A DNA stretch of 62,875 nucleotides from contig CAZJPE010000004.1 in NCBI GenBank assembly GCA_964547875.1, positions 30,598 through 93,472 on the forward strand. Direction: 5' to 3'. The stretch comes from Candidatus Woesearchaeota archaeon. GTDB lineage: Archaea > Nanobdellota > Nanobdellia > Pacearchaeales > GW2011-AR1. Below, piece after piece: positions 9,992-20,193 of this stretch. How positions within the stretch are numbered: the first letter of the stretch is position 1; each line of letters begins with the position of its first letter. The position numbers and the translations under genes were made by a program. The notes below the pieces were generated by a model. The model had not been told where the DNA came from and ran no database searches. It saw only the letters and a list, made by a program, of their open reading frames with translations.

Positions 9992-11386
9992 ATGCTTAGA
10001 ACACATACATGCGGGGAATTGAGAAAGAAAGATATTGTAAAGAAAGTTAAGCTATGCGGATGGGTTGATACTATTAGGGAGCATGGGAAGATTAGTTTTA
10101 TTGACTTGCGCGATAGATACGGCAAAACGCAGATTGTTATTGTTGGAAAGCATGAATTGAAATTGGAGTATGTTGCCTGCATTAGCGGACAGGTAAATGC
10201 TAGAAAGAAGGGAACTGAAAATAAGGATTTGGAAACAGGAGATGTAGAGATTTTTGCTGACAATATAGAAATTATTGCCAAGTCTAAAGTTTTGCCTGTT
10301 GAAATAAGTGACAAGAAAGTTGCCGGAGATGACGTAAGGATGAGATATAGATTCTTGGATTTACGCAGGCCTTTGATGCAGAAAAATTTGATGTTTAGGG
10401 CGCGGGTTGTTGAAGCTGTTCGGGAGTTTTTTATTAGGGATGGTTTTATTGAGATTGAAACTCCCTTGCTTGTTAAACCTACACCGGAAGGCGCGCGGGA
10501 TTATATTGTGCCTTCGCGAGTGAATGCTGGGAAATTTTATGCCTTGCCTCAAAGTCCGCAGTTATACAAACAGATTTTGATGATTTCTGGATTTGACAAA
10601 TATTTTCAGATTGCTAGATGTTTGCGCGACGAAGATTTAAGAGCTGACAGGCAGCCAGAGCATACGCAGATTGATTTTGAGATGAGCTTTGTTGAATTCA
10701 GCGACATAATGGGATTTGTTGAGGAAATGTATAAATATGTTTTTAAAAAAGTTTTAGGAGTTGAATTGAAGAAATTTGCACGGTTAACTCATGAAGAGTC
10801 TATGAAGAGATACAAGAGCGACAAGCCTGATTTAAGGAAAGATAGTAACTCGGGAGAATTTGCATTTTGTTGGGTTTATGATTTTCCTTTATTCGCGTAT
10901 AATAAAGATGAGAAGAAGTGGGAGCCAGAGCATCATATGTTCACAATGCCTAAGAAAGAGCATTTGCAGTTCTTGGAAAAAGATCCTGGAAAGGTTAAGG
11001 GAGATTTATTTGACGTTGTTTTGAATGGTGTTGAATTAGGGAGCGGGAGCATTAGAGTCAGCAATCCTGAATTGCAAGAGAGAATTATGAAAGTAATTGG
11101 AATGTCTAAGGAGGAAGCTAGGAGAAAATTTGGATTTTTATTAGAGGCGTATGATTATGGGGGGCCTGTACATGGAGGCATGGGGCTTGGTGTTGATAGA
11201 TTAGTTGCTTCAATGCTTTGCTATAACGATATTCGCGAAGTTATTGCATTTCCAAAAAACAAAGCAGCGCAGAATACTATGGACGGCTCGCCTGCGGAAG
11301 TTGATGATAAGCAATTGAAGGAGGCGCACATTAAATTAGACTTGGCTTCTAAAGTGAAGGGCGGGGAAAAGGGAAAGAAGAAATGA
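9992..11386 (+). CDS. aspS: Bacterial-type aspartyl-tRNA synthetase without GAD domain, probably non-discriminating
   Basis: MLRTHTCGELR, EGARDYIVPSR, FYALPQSPQLYKQ, RDEDLRADRQPE, IREVIAFPK; REHG carries the His typical of ND enzymes. Confidence 0.95.
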   Translation: MLRTHTCGELRKKDIVKKVKLCGWVDTIREHGKISFIDLRDRYGKTQIVIVGKHELKLEYVACISGQVNARKKGTENKDLETGDVEIFADNIEIIAKSKVLPVEISDKKVAGDDVRMRYRFLDLRRPLMQKNLMFRARVVEAVREFFIRDGFIEIETPLLVKPTPEGARDYIVPSRVNAGKFYALPQSPQLYKQILMISGFDKYFQIARCLRDEDLRADRQPEHTQIDFEMSFVEFSDIMGFVEEMYKYVFKKVLGVELKKFARLTHEESMKRYKSDKPDLRKDSNSGEFAFCWVYDFPLFAYNKDEKKWEPEHHMFTMPKKEHLQFLEKDPGKVKGDLFDVVLNGVELGSGSIRVSNPELQERIMKVIGMSKEEARRKFGFLLEAYDYGGPVHGGMGLGVDRLVASMLCYNDIREVIAFPKNKAAQNTMDGSPAEVDDKQLKEAHIKLDLASKVKGGEKGKKK

Positions 11387-11855
11387 AGAAAACATTAGAT
11401 AGATTAATTTTGATTGGTTTTTTAGGATTAAGCGGATTAGTAGGATGTTCAAATGAGCAAAAGACGAGAGAAGAAGCACTTTTCGAATTTCATTCATTTG
11501 TGGATGATGAATATAGAAAATATAGGCAGGAAGAATATAGTATAAAAGAATTCGTAAAAAATTTTGAAGAATATAAGAAAAAAATTATTAAAGATAGATT
11601 AGATGATGGAGCTATATACGATAATCTAAAGAGGGAAGCCTTAACCCCCGAATTAGCAGAATTATTTAAAAAATATATGATTAAAAGGGCTATAACGAAT
11701 CTGAAATAAAAAAGGAGACTATTAGAGTGTATGTTCAATGTCTGTTAGAAGGCCAAAAAAATTTTAAAGAATGGGAAAAAATAAATTTTGATGCGAAACC
11801 TATTACAGTTCAAGAGATTTTGAGGGGCATAGACGAGGGAAAGGGGAAACGATGA
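11383..11855 (+). pseudogene. Lipoprotein-like hypothetical gene with one frameshift near 11685
   Basis: Signal peptide ends in GLVGC; frame 0 stops at 11709; the -1 frame (KGYNESEIKK...GKGKR*) ends in an ATGA overlap with the next gene. Confidence 0.55.
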
Positions 11856-12645
11856 GGATTATTGCAATAGGTGATCCACATGGAGATGTTGCTAAATTGC
11901 GCAAAATTCCTTTGAAAGGAATCGATTTAATTTTACTAACTGGAGATTTAGGTAAAGCGGATTTAGCTAGAAAATTTGCTTTTATGAATATAGAAAGACA
12001 GAGAAAGGATTGCCTAAATTAGAGGAAACTCCGCAACAAGATAAAGCGCAATATATGGAGGTTTATAATTCTTCTATAGATGTTTTAAGATATTTATCTA
12101 AGTTTGCACCTATTTATGCTATATTTGGAAATGTAGAAAGCACTGATGCCGAAGTTAAAAAAAGAGCAAGGAAAATTAGATTAAAATTGCCTCTTTATGT
12201 TAGCAGTATTGATAGAATTAAAAATGTTGAAATTATTAATAATAGATTACGGAATTTTAATGGCGTTAAAATTGGAGGATTGGAATATTTTGTTGATGAT
12301 ATTTGGGTCAGAATATTTAAACCAAAAAATTATGAAAAGAGATTGAAAGACGCATTGAAAGATACAAAAAAGGCAAAAAGAATTTTAAGAGAGTTTTATG
12401 ATGCTGATATTTTAGTTTGTCATCAACCGCCTTATGGTGTTTTGGATAAAGTTACTGCAAAATTTGCACCAAAACATTGGCGAGGATTGCATGCTGGAAG
12501 TAAAGTAATTTTAGATTATATTAAACGAAAACAGCCCAAATATGTTTTTTGCGGGCATATTCATGAAGGAGAGGGCTTTAAGAAAATTGGGAAGACAGAG
12601 GTTTATAATTTAGGTATTTGCGGATACAAGATTGTTGAATTTTGA
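11852..12645 (+). pseudogene. Metallophosphoesterase split by a -1 frameshift near 12005
   Basis: N-part MRIIAIGDPHG...LTGD from ATG 11852; C-part GNVE, HQPPYG, GHIHE in ORF 12010-12645. Confidence 0.85.
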
Positions 12646-12687
12646 AAATAGAGAAAGGTTTAAATATTATAATTATATTGTTTATAC

Positions 12688-12906
12688 ATGATAGAAATTA
12701 AAACAAGGTTGAGGAGATGGGGCAATTCTTTCGGAGTAGTTGTGCCTCAAAGAGCAATAGAAAATGAAGATGTAAGAGAAGGAGATGAGATAACAATATT
12801 ATTTAAAAAAGAAAAACCTAATTTAAGAAAATTATTTGGTGCACATAAATTCTCCAAGCCAGTAGAGCAATTAATGAAAGAGATGGACGAAGAGCTTTAT
12901 GACTGA
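12688..12906 (+). CDS. AbrB/MazE-type antitoxin
   Basis: LRRWGNSFGVVVP. Confidence 0.9.
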   Translation: MIEIKTRLRRWGNSFGVVVPQRAIENEDVREGDEITILFKKEKPNLRKLFGAHKFSKPVEQLMKEMDEELYD

Positions 12907-13267
12907 AAGATTTTTATATGACACATATGCCTTAATTGAGATATTAAATAATAATAAAAATTACGAGAAATATGTTGATAAAGACATAATAATCAATGAT
13001 TTTATTTTTGCAGAGTTCTGCTATCAGCTAATAAAAGATAATGAAAAAAATTCTGAAGAATATCTGGATGAGGTAGAGCCCGCTATAATTAAGCTAACAG
13101 CAAAGATAATAAAAAAAGCAATGAAATTTAGATATGAACATAAAAAGAAGAAATTATCTATGACAGATTGCATTTCTTATTTTCAGGCTAAGGAATTAGG
13201 AATAAAATTTCTTACAGGCGACAAGGAATTTCAATCTTTAGATAATGTAGAATTTGTTAAAAAATGA
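12899..13267 (+). CDS. vapC: VapC/PIN toxin
   Basis: YDTYALIE, LSMTDC, FLTGDKEF; overlaps the antitoxin gene. Confidence 0.9.
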   Translation: MTERFLYDTYALIEILNNNKNYEKYVDKDIIINDFIFAEFCYQLIKDNEKNSEEYLDEVEPAIIKLTAKIIKKAMKFRYEHKKKKLSMTDCISYFQAKELGIKFLTGDKEFQSLDNVEFVKK

Positions 13268-13301
13268 ATAGATTTATTAACTAATATTTTTTTTCTGTGG
13301 G

Positions 13302-13541
13302 ATGATAAGTGAAAAAGAAAAGGATAGTATTAGAAAAGAAGCAAAGCAAATTTTGGATAATTTTGCTTCTGCACTTGAGGGAGTTAAAGTAAAAAAGAGA
13401 GGATTTAAAAAGCGTGTAGGGGGATATAGAAAAGAAAGAGACGGACAGAAGTGTGATGAAGATTTTCGCAATAGAATGTTTGATAATGCACCTTCAAAAG
13501 ATGGAGATTGTATAATTGCAGAGAAGAAAAAATGGCAATGA
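13302..13541 (+). CDS. gatC: GatC-like amidotransferase subunit C
   Basis: 79 aa, ILDNF...R...FDNAP.KDGDCIIAEK; near gatA and aspS. Confidence 0.7.
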   Translation: MISEKEKDSIRKEAKQILDNFASALEGVKVKKRGFKKRVGGYRKERDGQKCDEDFRNRMFDNAPSKDGDCIIAEKKKWQ

Positions 13542-13930
13542 AGAAAATTAAAAAGAATGCTAAAATTGAAGAGGAATTAATGAAGGATGTTAATGTTGCT
13601 GAAGAGGAGATTAAGAGATTAGGGAGCGTAATCAGTAGAGATGGCGGAGAAGAGATAAAGAGAATTAACGTCAAAGGCTCTAAGCCAATATCTCAATTGA
13701 AAAAAGGGGATAAAGTCAAGGTTGATGGCATTAATTATGAAGTTGATGCGCATTATGTCTTGATTGACCATGGTAAAACGAAAGAAATGACAATAGAGAT
13801 TTTTAATCCAAAAACAGACAAAGACTATCAGTTAAGATATTTTTCTGATCAAATTGAAACAAGCCTGGAATTTTATGAATTGCAGGAGATTGTTTACGTT
13901 AGAAGGCATTTGGAGAGAGTCGAGTGGTGA
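13538..13930 (+). CDS. Hypothetical protein (beta-rich)
   Basis: ATGA overlap with gatC; about 130 aa. Confidence 0.6.
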   Translation: MKKIKKNAKIEEELMKDVNVAEEEIKRLGSVISRDGGEEIKRINVKGSKPISQLKKGDKVKVDGINYEVDAHYVLIDHGKTKEMTIEIFNPKTDKDYQLRYFSDQIETSLEFYELQEIVYVRRHLERVEW

Positions 13931-13938
13931 ATGTTATT

Positions 13939-14328
13939 CTATATTTCTAAAATTTTTACATTTTTTAATTCTCTAAAATCATTATCTAATGTAATAAATA
14001 ATGAATTATTTATTAAAGAACTGACATATATTAAAGAATCTATTGCAGGTATATTTTTATTTATTGATAATTCAGCTGCTTTTTCTGCTATTTCTTCATT
14101 TAAAGATAATTGTATTGTTTTTTCTTTAATAAACTTTAATTTTTCATTTATTATAATTTCAGGTATTTTTTTCTCCAGCATTTTCTTCTTTATTTCAAAA
14201 ATAGATAAAATTGATATAAAAAATATTTTTTCGCTTTCTATTAAATCTTGAAAATTTCCCTCAAATAAATAAGCCAAGATAACTGAAGAATCAAGCGTTT
14301 CAGAATCTATCTGATCTTCTTCTTTCAT
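13939..14328 (-). CDS. vapC: VapC/PIN toxin
   Basis: LDSSVILAY, SIFEI, AIDSLI, TLDNDF. Confidence 0.88.
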   Translation of the reverse strand: MKEEDQIDSETLDSSVILAYLFEGNFQDLIESEKIFFISILSIFEIKKKMLEKKIPEIIINEKLKFIKEKTIQLSLNEEIAEKAAELSINKNIPAIDSLIYVSSLINNSLFITLDNDFRELKNVKILEI

Positions 14329-14527
14329 TTTGCAATTCTTTTAATATATCTTTAAGAGTCTCTCCTTTTTTATAATATTTCTTTAATGAGCCAGCCATAG
14401 ACTTTGTTTTTGTCTTTTTAATTGCGAGTTTTATTATTGCTTCATCATATGATTTAGCCATTAATTCATCTTTTAGCTTTTTCAATAAAAGCAAAGTCTT
14501 ATCTTCTACTTGTATCGTTGTTGTCAT
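14300..14527 (-). CDS. VapB-type antitoxin
   Basis: MTTTIQV...SYDEAI; overlaps the PIN gene. Confidence 0.8.
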   Translation of the reverse strand: MTTTIQVEDKTLLLLKKLKDELMAKSYDEAIIKLAIKKTKTKSMAGSLKKYYKKGETLKDILKELQNERRRSDRF

Positions 14528-14596
14528 ATAATTATATGATTATAGGTTATATAAATTTTTGGTAAGGTTTAAATAGGCTATTATCCCAATAAAATC

Positions 14597-14986
14597 ATGG
14601 ATAAAGTAGTGCATTTTGAGATACCTTTTGATGACGCTAAAAGGGCTAAGGAATTCTACAGCAAGGTTTTTGGGTGGAAGATTAATGAGATTCCTGAAAT
14701 GAATTATCATATGGTTCATACTGTAGAGGTTGATGAAAAGATGATGCCTAAAGAATCAGGGGCAATTAATGGAGGGATGTATAAGAGAGACGAGAGTTCT
14801 GCGAAGAGCCCGGTTATTGTGATTGATGTCAAAAGTGTTGATGAATATGTTAAGAAAGTAAAGAAAGCTGGGGGAAAGGTTGTTATAGGAAAAAGGCAAG
14901 TAGGTGACATGGGATTTTATGCGCAGATTTCTGATACAGAGGGGAATGTTATTGGTATTTGGGAAATGATTAAGAAACAAAGCTAA
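14597..14986 (+). CDS. VOC/glyoxalase family protein
   Basis: VVHFEIP, AINGG, DTEGNVIGIW. Confidence 0.92.
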   Translation: MDKVVHFEIPFDDAKRAKEFYSKVFGWKINEIPEMNYHMVHTVEVDEKMMPKESGAINGGMYKRDESSAKSPVIVIDVKSVDEYVKKVKKAGGKVVIGKRQVGDMGFYAQISDTEGNVIGIWEMIKKQS

Positions 14987-15127
14987 TTTTTTATTATTTT
15001 AAGGAAAGATTCTTCTAATCTAAAATGAGATAATAAACTAAAATAATCGATTAGAGGCGGTTTATTTTATTAAACTTTCTACAGCAGTTTTAGTAAGATA
15101 TTTAACTAATTCTTTTTGTATATTATT

Positions 15128-16429
15128 ATGAAAGTTGAAGAAAAGGTTAAAGTATATTTAGATAAGATAAAAAAAGAAGACAAGAGGATAAATGCGTTTT
15201 TGCATTTGAATGAAAATGCTTTGCAAGAGGCTAAGGAGATTGATAAAAAGGTAAAGAAAGGGCGGCTTTATGGATATGTTTTTGGAGTGAAGAGCAATAT
15301 TAATGTTAAAGGAATGATTTGCAATTGTGCTTCTAAGACTTTGGAAAATTATAGGGCTCCTTATAATGCTAGTGTTATTTCTAAAATTAGAGCAGAGGAC
15401 GGGGTTATTATTGGGATGACAAACATGGATGAATTCGCTTGCGGAAGTAGCGGTGAGAGCAGCGCATTTGGAGCTACGCAGAACCCAAATGCTTTTGGAA
15501 AGATTCCTGGGGGTTCTAGTTCTGGAAGCGCTGCTGCTGTTGCTGCAGGTTTTTGCGATGTTGCTTTAGGAAGCGATACGGGAGGAAGCATAAGAAATCC
15601 TGCTTCTTATTGCGGGGTTGTTGGAGTTAAACCTTCTTATGGATTAGTTTCGCGATATGGATTAATTGATTTATCAATGAGCTTGGATCAGATTGGGCTA
15701 ATTGCTAAAAACGTTTTAGATACTGCTTTAATTTTAGATATTATCAGAGGGAAAGATGATATGGATACTACCACATTTGATTCTAATGAGATAAAAATAG
15801 CCAATGTAAAAAATATTAAGGTAGGGGTTGTTAGGGTTGATGGCATTGATAATCGGATTGAGAGATTGATTGAAACTAAAATAGAGAACATTAAGAAAAG
15901 ATTTGGATGGAAAATAGAAAAGATTGAGATTAAGCATATTGAGCTAGCTGTTCAGACTTATTATCCTCTTGTTTATACAGAGTTTTTTTCAGCAACAAGG
16001 AGATTTGATGGAAGAAGATATGGAAAGAGAATAGAAGAAAGTTGCGGAGAAGAGGTTTTAAGGAGAATTTTAGGAGGGAGCGAGACTAGCAAGGCTGAAT
16101 TTAAAGGAAGATATTATAGAAAAGCATTGGAAGTGAAGGAAATAATTAAGGAAGAATTTGAGAGCTGTTTCGCGAAAAAAGGAATTGATTGCATTATTCT
16201 CCCAACTGTTCCGATACTGCCTTGGAAAATTGGCGCCGGAGCTAAGATGAAGCCTAAAGAGATTTATGCTTCTGATGCGTTAACGATTCCTGCGAATTTG
16301 GCTGAAATATGCGCTGTTTCTATTCCTGCCGGAAAGATTGAAGGAATTCCTATTGGAATGCAGGTAATGTGCGCCAAGGGGGAGGAAGGAAAGATGCTTT
16401 CTATTGCGAGGGAAATTGAAGGATTATGA
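15128..16429 (+). CDS. gatA: Asp/Glu-tRNA amidotransferase subunit A
   Basis: Amidase signature GGSSSGS and GSDTGGSIRNPA; EVLRRILGG. Confidence 0.95.
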   Translation: MKVEEKVKVYLDKIKKEDKRINAFLHLNENALQEAKEIDKKVKKGRLYGYVFGVKSNINVKGMICNCASKTLENYRAPYNASVISKIRAEDGVIIGMTNMDEFACGSSGESSAFGATQNPNAFGKIPGGSSSGSAAAVAAGFCDVALGSDTGGSIRNPASYCGVVGVKPSYGLVSRYGLIDLSMSLDQIGLIAKNVLDTALILDIIRGKDDMDTTTFDSNEIKIANVKNIKVGVVRVDGIDNRIERLIETKIENIKKRFGWKIEKIEIKHIELAVQTYYPLVYTEFFSATRRFDGRRYGKRIEESCGEEVLRRILGGSETSKAEFKGRYYRKALEVKEIIKEEFESCFAKKGIDCIILPTVPILPWKIGAGAKMKPKEIYASDALTIPANLAEICAVSIPAGKIEGIPIGMQVMCAKGEEGKMLSIAREIEGL

Positions 16430-16431
16430 TA

Positions 16432-16797
16432 TTATTTTATAAAATATTTTAATAATATTTCTTCAATACTTTTTGGAAGAATAATAGCAAAATATTCTTC
16501 ACCATTAATTTTTTTATTTTCTAATATTGCAGCATAACTTATTTTATTTTCACAGGCAGATATAGATAATATAAGATTTTCTCTAGGATGCCATTCTAGA
16601 GCCATATTACCTGATGGTTCCGGACTTATTTCTGGAGTTTGTATATTATTTGGAAGAAGATCTATAAGATTTAGTGTTTGTTCTAGAGAAGACTGATTTA
16701 TTGAGACTGCATCGTAGCCATCCCAGCCATTATAATTACATTTCTGCGTTATTATTTTAGTTTCTTGTTTAAGTTTGTCTCTCCAATTCAGCATCAT
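16432..16797 (-). CDS. Hypothetical protein (WDGYDA family)
   Basis: WDGYDA...PEISPEPSGNMALEW. Confidence 0.6.
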   Translation of the reverse strand: MMLNWRDKLKQETKIITQKCNYNGWDGYDAVSINQSSLEQTLNLIDLLPNNIQTPEISPEPSGNMALEWHPRENLILSISACENKISYAAILENKKINGEEYFAIILPKSIEEILLKYFIK

Positions 16798-16880
16798 ATA
16801 TTGAAATGGTTTATATATTTAATAATTTTTATTTTCTGGAGCATAATTAACTTTAAAAAATTTGTTTTACTTTTGTTTAG

Positions 16881-17552
16881 ATGGAAATTAAGGGAATTAA
16901 AATTGAATTTTTAGGGCATTCTGGATTCTTAATAGTGAATGAAAATGGGAAGAGAATTGTGATTGATCCATATAACGTTTCTGATAAGATAGAAAAAGCG
17001 GATTTTATTTTGATAACGCATAGCCATTATGATCATTGTAGTATTAAAGATATAACTAGGTTGGCTAAGAAAGGGACTATTATTGTGATCTCTCCTGATT
17101 CTCAGAGCAAGATCACGAAAATTGACGACGTTGAAATGCAGATTATAGAGATAGGAGACAAATTGGAGTTCGGGGAGATTAAAGTAGAAGCTTTAGCCGC
17201 TTATAATGTTGATAAGGATTATCATCCAAAAAAAGAAGGCTGGCTTGGCTATTTGATAAAATTTGATGATGTTATTTTTTATCATGCAGGAGATACAGAT
17301 AAAATTCCTGAGATGAAGAATTTGACAGGATATGGAAAGCATGGAAATGAGTTTGTTGCTTTGCTGCCTGTTTCAGGGAAATATGTTATGAATGCTGAAG
17401 AGGCTGCAGAAACTGCTAGCTTGATAAAATGCAATTTGGCAATACCAATGCATTATGGAGCTGGTGTTGCAGGGATTATTGAAGACGCCAATAACTTTGT
17501 CAAATTATGCGAGGAAAATGGCGTTAGAGCTGTTGTATTGGAGAAGATTTAA
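16881..17552 (+). CDS. Metallo-beta-lactamase fold hydrolase
   Basis: THSHYDH, YHAGDT, IPMHYG. Confidence 0.92.
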   Translation: MEIKGIKIEFLGHSGFLIVNENGKRIVIDPYNVSDKIEKADFILITHSHYDHCSIKDITRLAKKGTIIVISPDSQSKITKIDDVEMQIIEIGDKLEFGEIKVEALAAYNVDKDYHPKKEGWLGYLIKFDDVIFYHAGDTDKIPEMKNLTGYGKHGNEFVALLPVSGKYVMNAEEAAETASLIKCNLAIPMHYGAGVAGIIEDANNFVKLCEENGVRAVVLEKI

Positions 17553-17661
17553 GTACTGAATTTTATCATTTTTTTTGAAGAATATGTTAGCATGGGCGAA
17601 CTGCGTATTTTCTAGTTACTATTTTTTCATTACGACGCAGAATTTTGGCTGATTTTAGAAC

Positions 17662-17750
17662 TGTCGACTAATATGTTCGACAATAGTCAAATATTTAAAG
17701 TGTTTTTATCTAATTTTTCCATGATTTCAAGAAAAATTGAAAGGAGGTTT
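17662..17750 (+). promoter_or_regulatory. ftsZ upstream region: TGTCGA-N9-TCGACA inverted repeat, TATA-like box and Shine-Dalgarno
   Basis: Inverted repeat at 17662-17667/17677-17682; TTTAAA near 17694; AAGGAGGT at 17741-17748. Confidence 0.45.
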
Positions 17751-17755
17751 CTATT

Positions 17756-18835
17756 ATGGTATTAGATTTTGCAAAGGAAGCTGTGGAACATGCGCAGAGT
17801 CACAGCATTAATTTTGACGAATTAAGGGCTGGCAAGGCAAACATCAAGGTTTTCGGTGTTGGAGGAGCTGGCTGTAACGCAATTACATGGCTGTTTAACA
17901 AAGGAATCAACGGAGCAACTATTTACGGCGTTAACACAGACGCATTGCACTTGAGCATTACAAAGGCGGATGAGAAAGTTCTAATTGGAAAGGAATTGAC
18001 AAGAGGTCTTGGATGTGGCGGATTTCCTCAAAAGGGAAGAGAGGCTGCTAAAGAATCACTTTCTGAACTGAAAAGAGCTGCCGGAGGCGCGGACATGGTA
18101 TTTATCAATGTCGGACTTGGCGGAGGAACTGGAACAGGAGCAGCGCCTGTTATTGCACAGTTAGCAAAAGAATCTGGAGCAGTTGTTATTGCTGTAGCGA
18201 CAATGCCATTTGATTGCGAAAAAGCGCGACACGAGAAAGCAGAGTTTGGCTTGCAGGAATTAACAGAGGTTGTTGATACGGCTATTCTTATTGATAACAA
18301 CAGATTAGTTGATATAGCAGGCAATTTGCCTATGGAGCAGGCATTTGCAGTTGCGAACGAGCTAGTTAGTACAATGATAAAAGGAATTGTGGAAACAATT
18401 ACCTTGCCTTCATTAATTAACTTGGATTATGCGGACGTTTCTGCAATTATGAAGAACGGAGAGGTTGCTGTTATCGGAGTCGGAGAAAGCGACACGACAG
18501 CCAGAGTTGACGAGGCGGTTAGGCAGGCATTAACGCATCCACTTTTGGACGTTGATTACAAGGGAGCGACTGGAGCTTTGATTCACATAACTTGCGGGCC
18601 TGATTTTAAGCTTGAGGAGTTTTCCGGAGTTGGAGAGCTTGTCACAGAGAACATAAGCACAGACGCACAGGTTATTATCGGAGCGAGAATCAACAGGGAT
18701 TTTGCCAATCGCGTTAGGGTTATCACAATAATGACAGGAGTCAAATCGCCTTATATTTTAGGGAGACGCTCTGAAGAGCGGCAGATTTCTGTAAAGCCTC
18801 AGATGTCTGAGCTAGGAATTGAATTTTATAACTAA
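17756..18835 (+). CDS. ftsZ: Cell division protein FtsZ
   Basis: GVGGAGCN, GGGTGTG, INLDYADV. Confidence 0.97.
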   Translation: MVLDFAKEAVEHAQSHSINFDELRAGKANIKVFGVGGAGCNAITWLFNKGINGATIYGVNTDALHLSITKADEKVLIGKELTRGLGCGGFPQKGREAAKESLSELKRAAGGADMVFINVGLGGGTGTGAAPVIAQLAKESGAVVIAVATMPFDCEKARHEKAEFGLQELTEVVDTAILIDNNRLVDIAGNLPMEQAFAVANELVSTMIKGIVETITLPSLINLDYADVSAIMKNGEVAVIGVGESDTTARVDEAVRQALTHPLLDVDYKGATGALIHITCGPDFKLEEFSGVGELVTENISTDAQVIIGARINRDFANRVRVITIMTGVKSPYILGRRSEERQISVKPQMSELGIEFYN

Positions 18836-18895
18836 TTTTTAAGAGGATTTTTCCTCTTTTTTCCTTTTTTATTTATTTTTTCCTTTTTTATTTTC
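18836..18895 (+). terminator. Short hairpin plus long T/C-rich tract after ftsZ
   Basis: AAGAGGA/TCCTCTT stem followed by oligo-T runs. Confidence 0.5.
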
Positions 18896-19162
18896 TGACT
18901 TGTTTTTTATATTCTCTAATTGTTTTTCTTGTATATGGCTCAATAGGGAGTTTTAATGCTTGCTCTAAAGTTGTCCATAAATATTCTTGTCCCTCTTCAT
19001 TTAATTTTATTTCTTTAGAATTTGTTTTGCATGAATAATCAAGGAATATAAAATGTCTTTTTTATAGAAAATTTCATCAAAAATAAATTCTTGAAAGCAA
19101 ATAAATTTTATATCATAAATATCTAAATTAGTTTCTTCTTTTATTTCTCTTTTTAAAGCGTC
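18888..19162 (-). pseudogene. 5'-truncated, frameshifted NUDIX hydrolase (NudI-like)
   Basis: DALKREIKEETNL...FYKK, shift, RHFIFLDY...LNEEGQEYLW...*; no start codon and an in-frame TAA just upstream. Confidence 0.75.
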
Positions 19163-19174
19163 TTAATATTTTAT

Positions 19175-19756
19175 TCAGGATTGAAAAGCACTGGGATCTT
19201 TGGGCTCTTTGAAGAGAGGAGGGCGCCTTTCATTTTCCCATTTTTCCCAGAAAATTGTATTTTCTAGTTCTTTTTTTCCCGGCTTTTTGCTTTGTGCTTT
19301 TTTATTTTCATAGCCAATTGGGATTATTGCTTCAATTTGAATGTGCTGGGGAATTTTAAGTATTTCTTTTATTATTTCATCTTTGTACGAGCCGACCCAG
19401 CAAGCTGACAAGCCTAAATCAACTAGTTTTAATAATAGCGTCTGGATTGCAGCACCTGCCTGCTGTCTTGAATAGACTCTGCCTCTTTCTCCGTATATGT
19501 TTTCCAAATGCGTTTCATCAGAACATACAAGAACTAAGATATTAGATTCGCTAATCCAGGTTTGTTCAGCTAATTTTGCTATTCTATTTATTGTCTCTTT
19601 TTCTTCTATGATAAGAAATTTTAGGTTGTTGTGATTGCCTGCAAATGGATTTTGATTTGCCGCTTCAATCGCATCAAGGATAAATTTCCAGCTTGGTTTT
19701 TTTGAAATAAATGCTTTTACTGACTTCCTTTTTTTTATTATTGCATTAAATTCCAT
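19175..19756 (-). CDS. Nitroreductase family protein
   Basis: IKKRKSVKAF, LGLSACWVG, IIPIGY. Confidence 0.9.
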   Translation of the reverse strand: MEFNAIIKKRKSVKAFISKKPSWKFILDAIEAANQNPFAGNHNNLKFLIIEEKETINRIAKLAEQTWISESNILVLVCSDETHLENIYGERGRVYSRQQAGAAIQTLLLKLVDLGLSACWVGSYKDEIIKEILKIPQHIQIEAIIPIGYENKKAQSKKPGKKELENTIFWEKWENERRPPLFKEPKDPSAFQS

Positions 19757-19809
19757 GATTATTAGGATATAATAATATATAAAAAGGTGTTGATTATCGC
19801 TGGATTATT

Positions 19810-20190
19810 ATGATAGGGCATACACATGATTCATTTAGATATATTAATACCTTTTTAGAGAAAGGCGACAGGAATAAAATACAGAATTCTGGTTTTTTGG
19901 ATGGAAGGATTATTGTGATTGACGGCGAGGGCGTATTCCCTTTGAGGGCTATTTTAAGCAATAATGAGCAACCTGGTATAAAAGTAGGCGAGGTTTACGA
20001 GTTGGGTATCCCTAATAGGATTTTTAACGATACGAAATTTAAAGATTGTGGATTTTATTCTTTGAAATGTGATTATGCCTCTTTTGAGTCCAAGCGTTTT
20101 TGCTTTGTAGATATTGAGCGATTGAATGAGATAAAAAATGTGGATAATCATTATTTAATGATGTATGAGGTGCTCAAATTGCAGAAATAG
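19810..20190 (+). CDS. Hypothetical protein
   Basis: 126 aa ORF with upstream TATA-like element. Confidence 0.55.
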   Translation: MIGHTHDSFRYINTFLEKGDRNKIQNSGFLDGRIIVIDGEGVFPLRAILSNNEQPGIKVGEVYELGIPNRIFNDTKFKDCGFYSLKCDYASFESKRFCFVDIERLNEIKNVDNHYLMMYEVLKLQK

Positions 20191-20193
20191 AGC

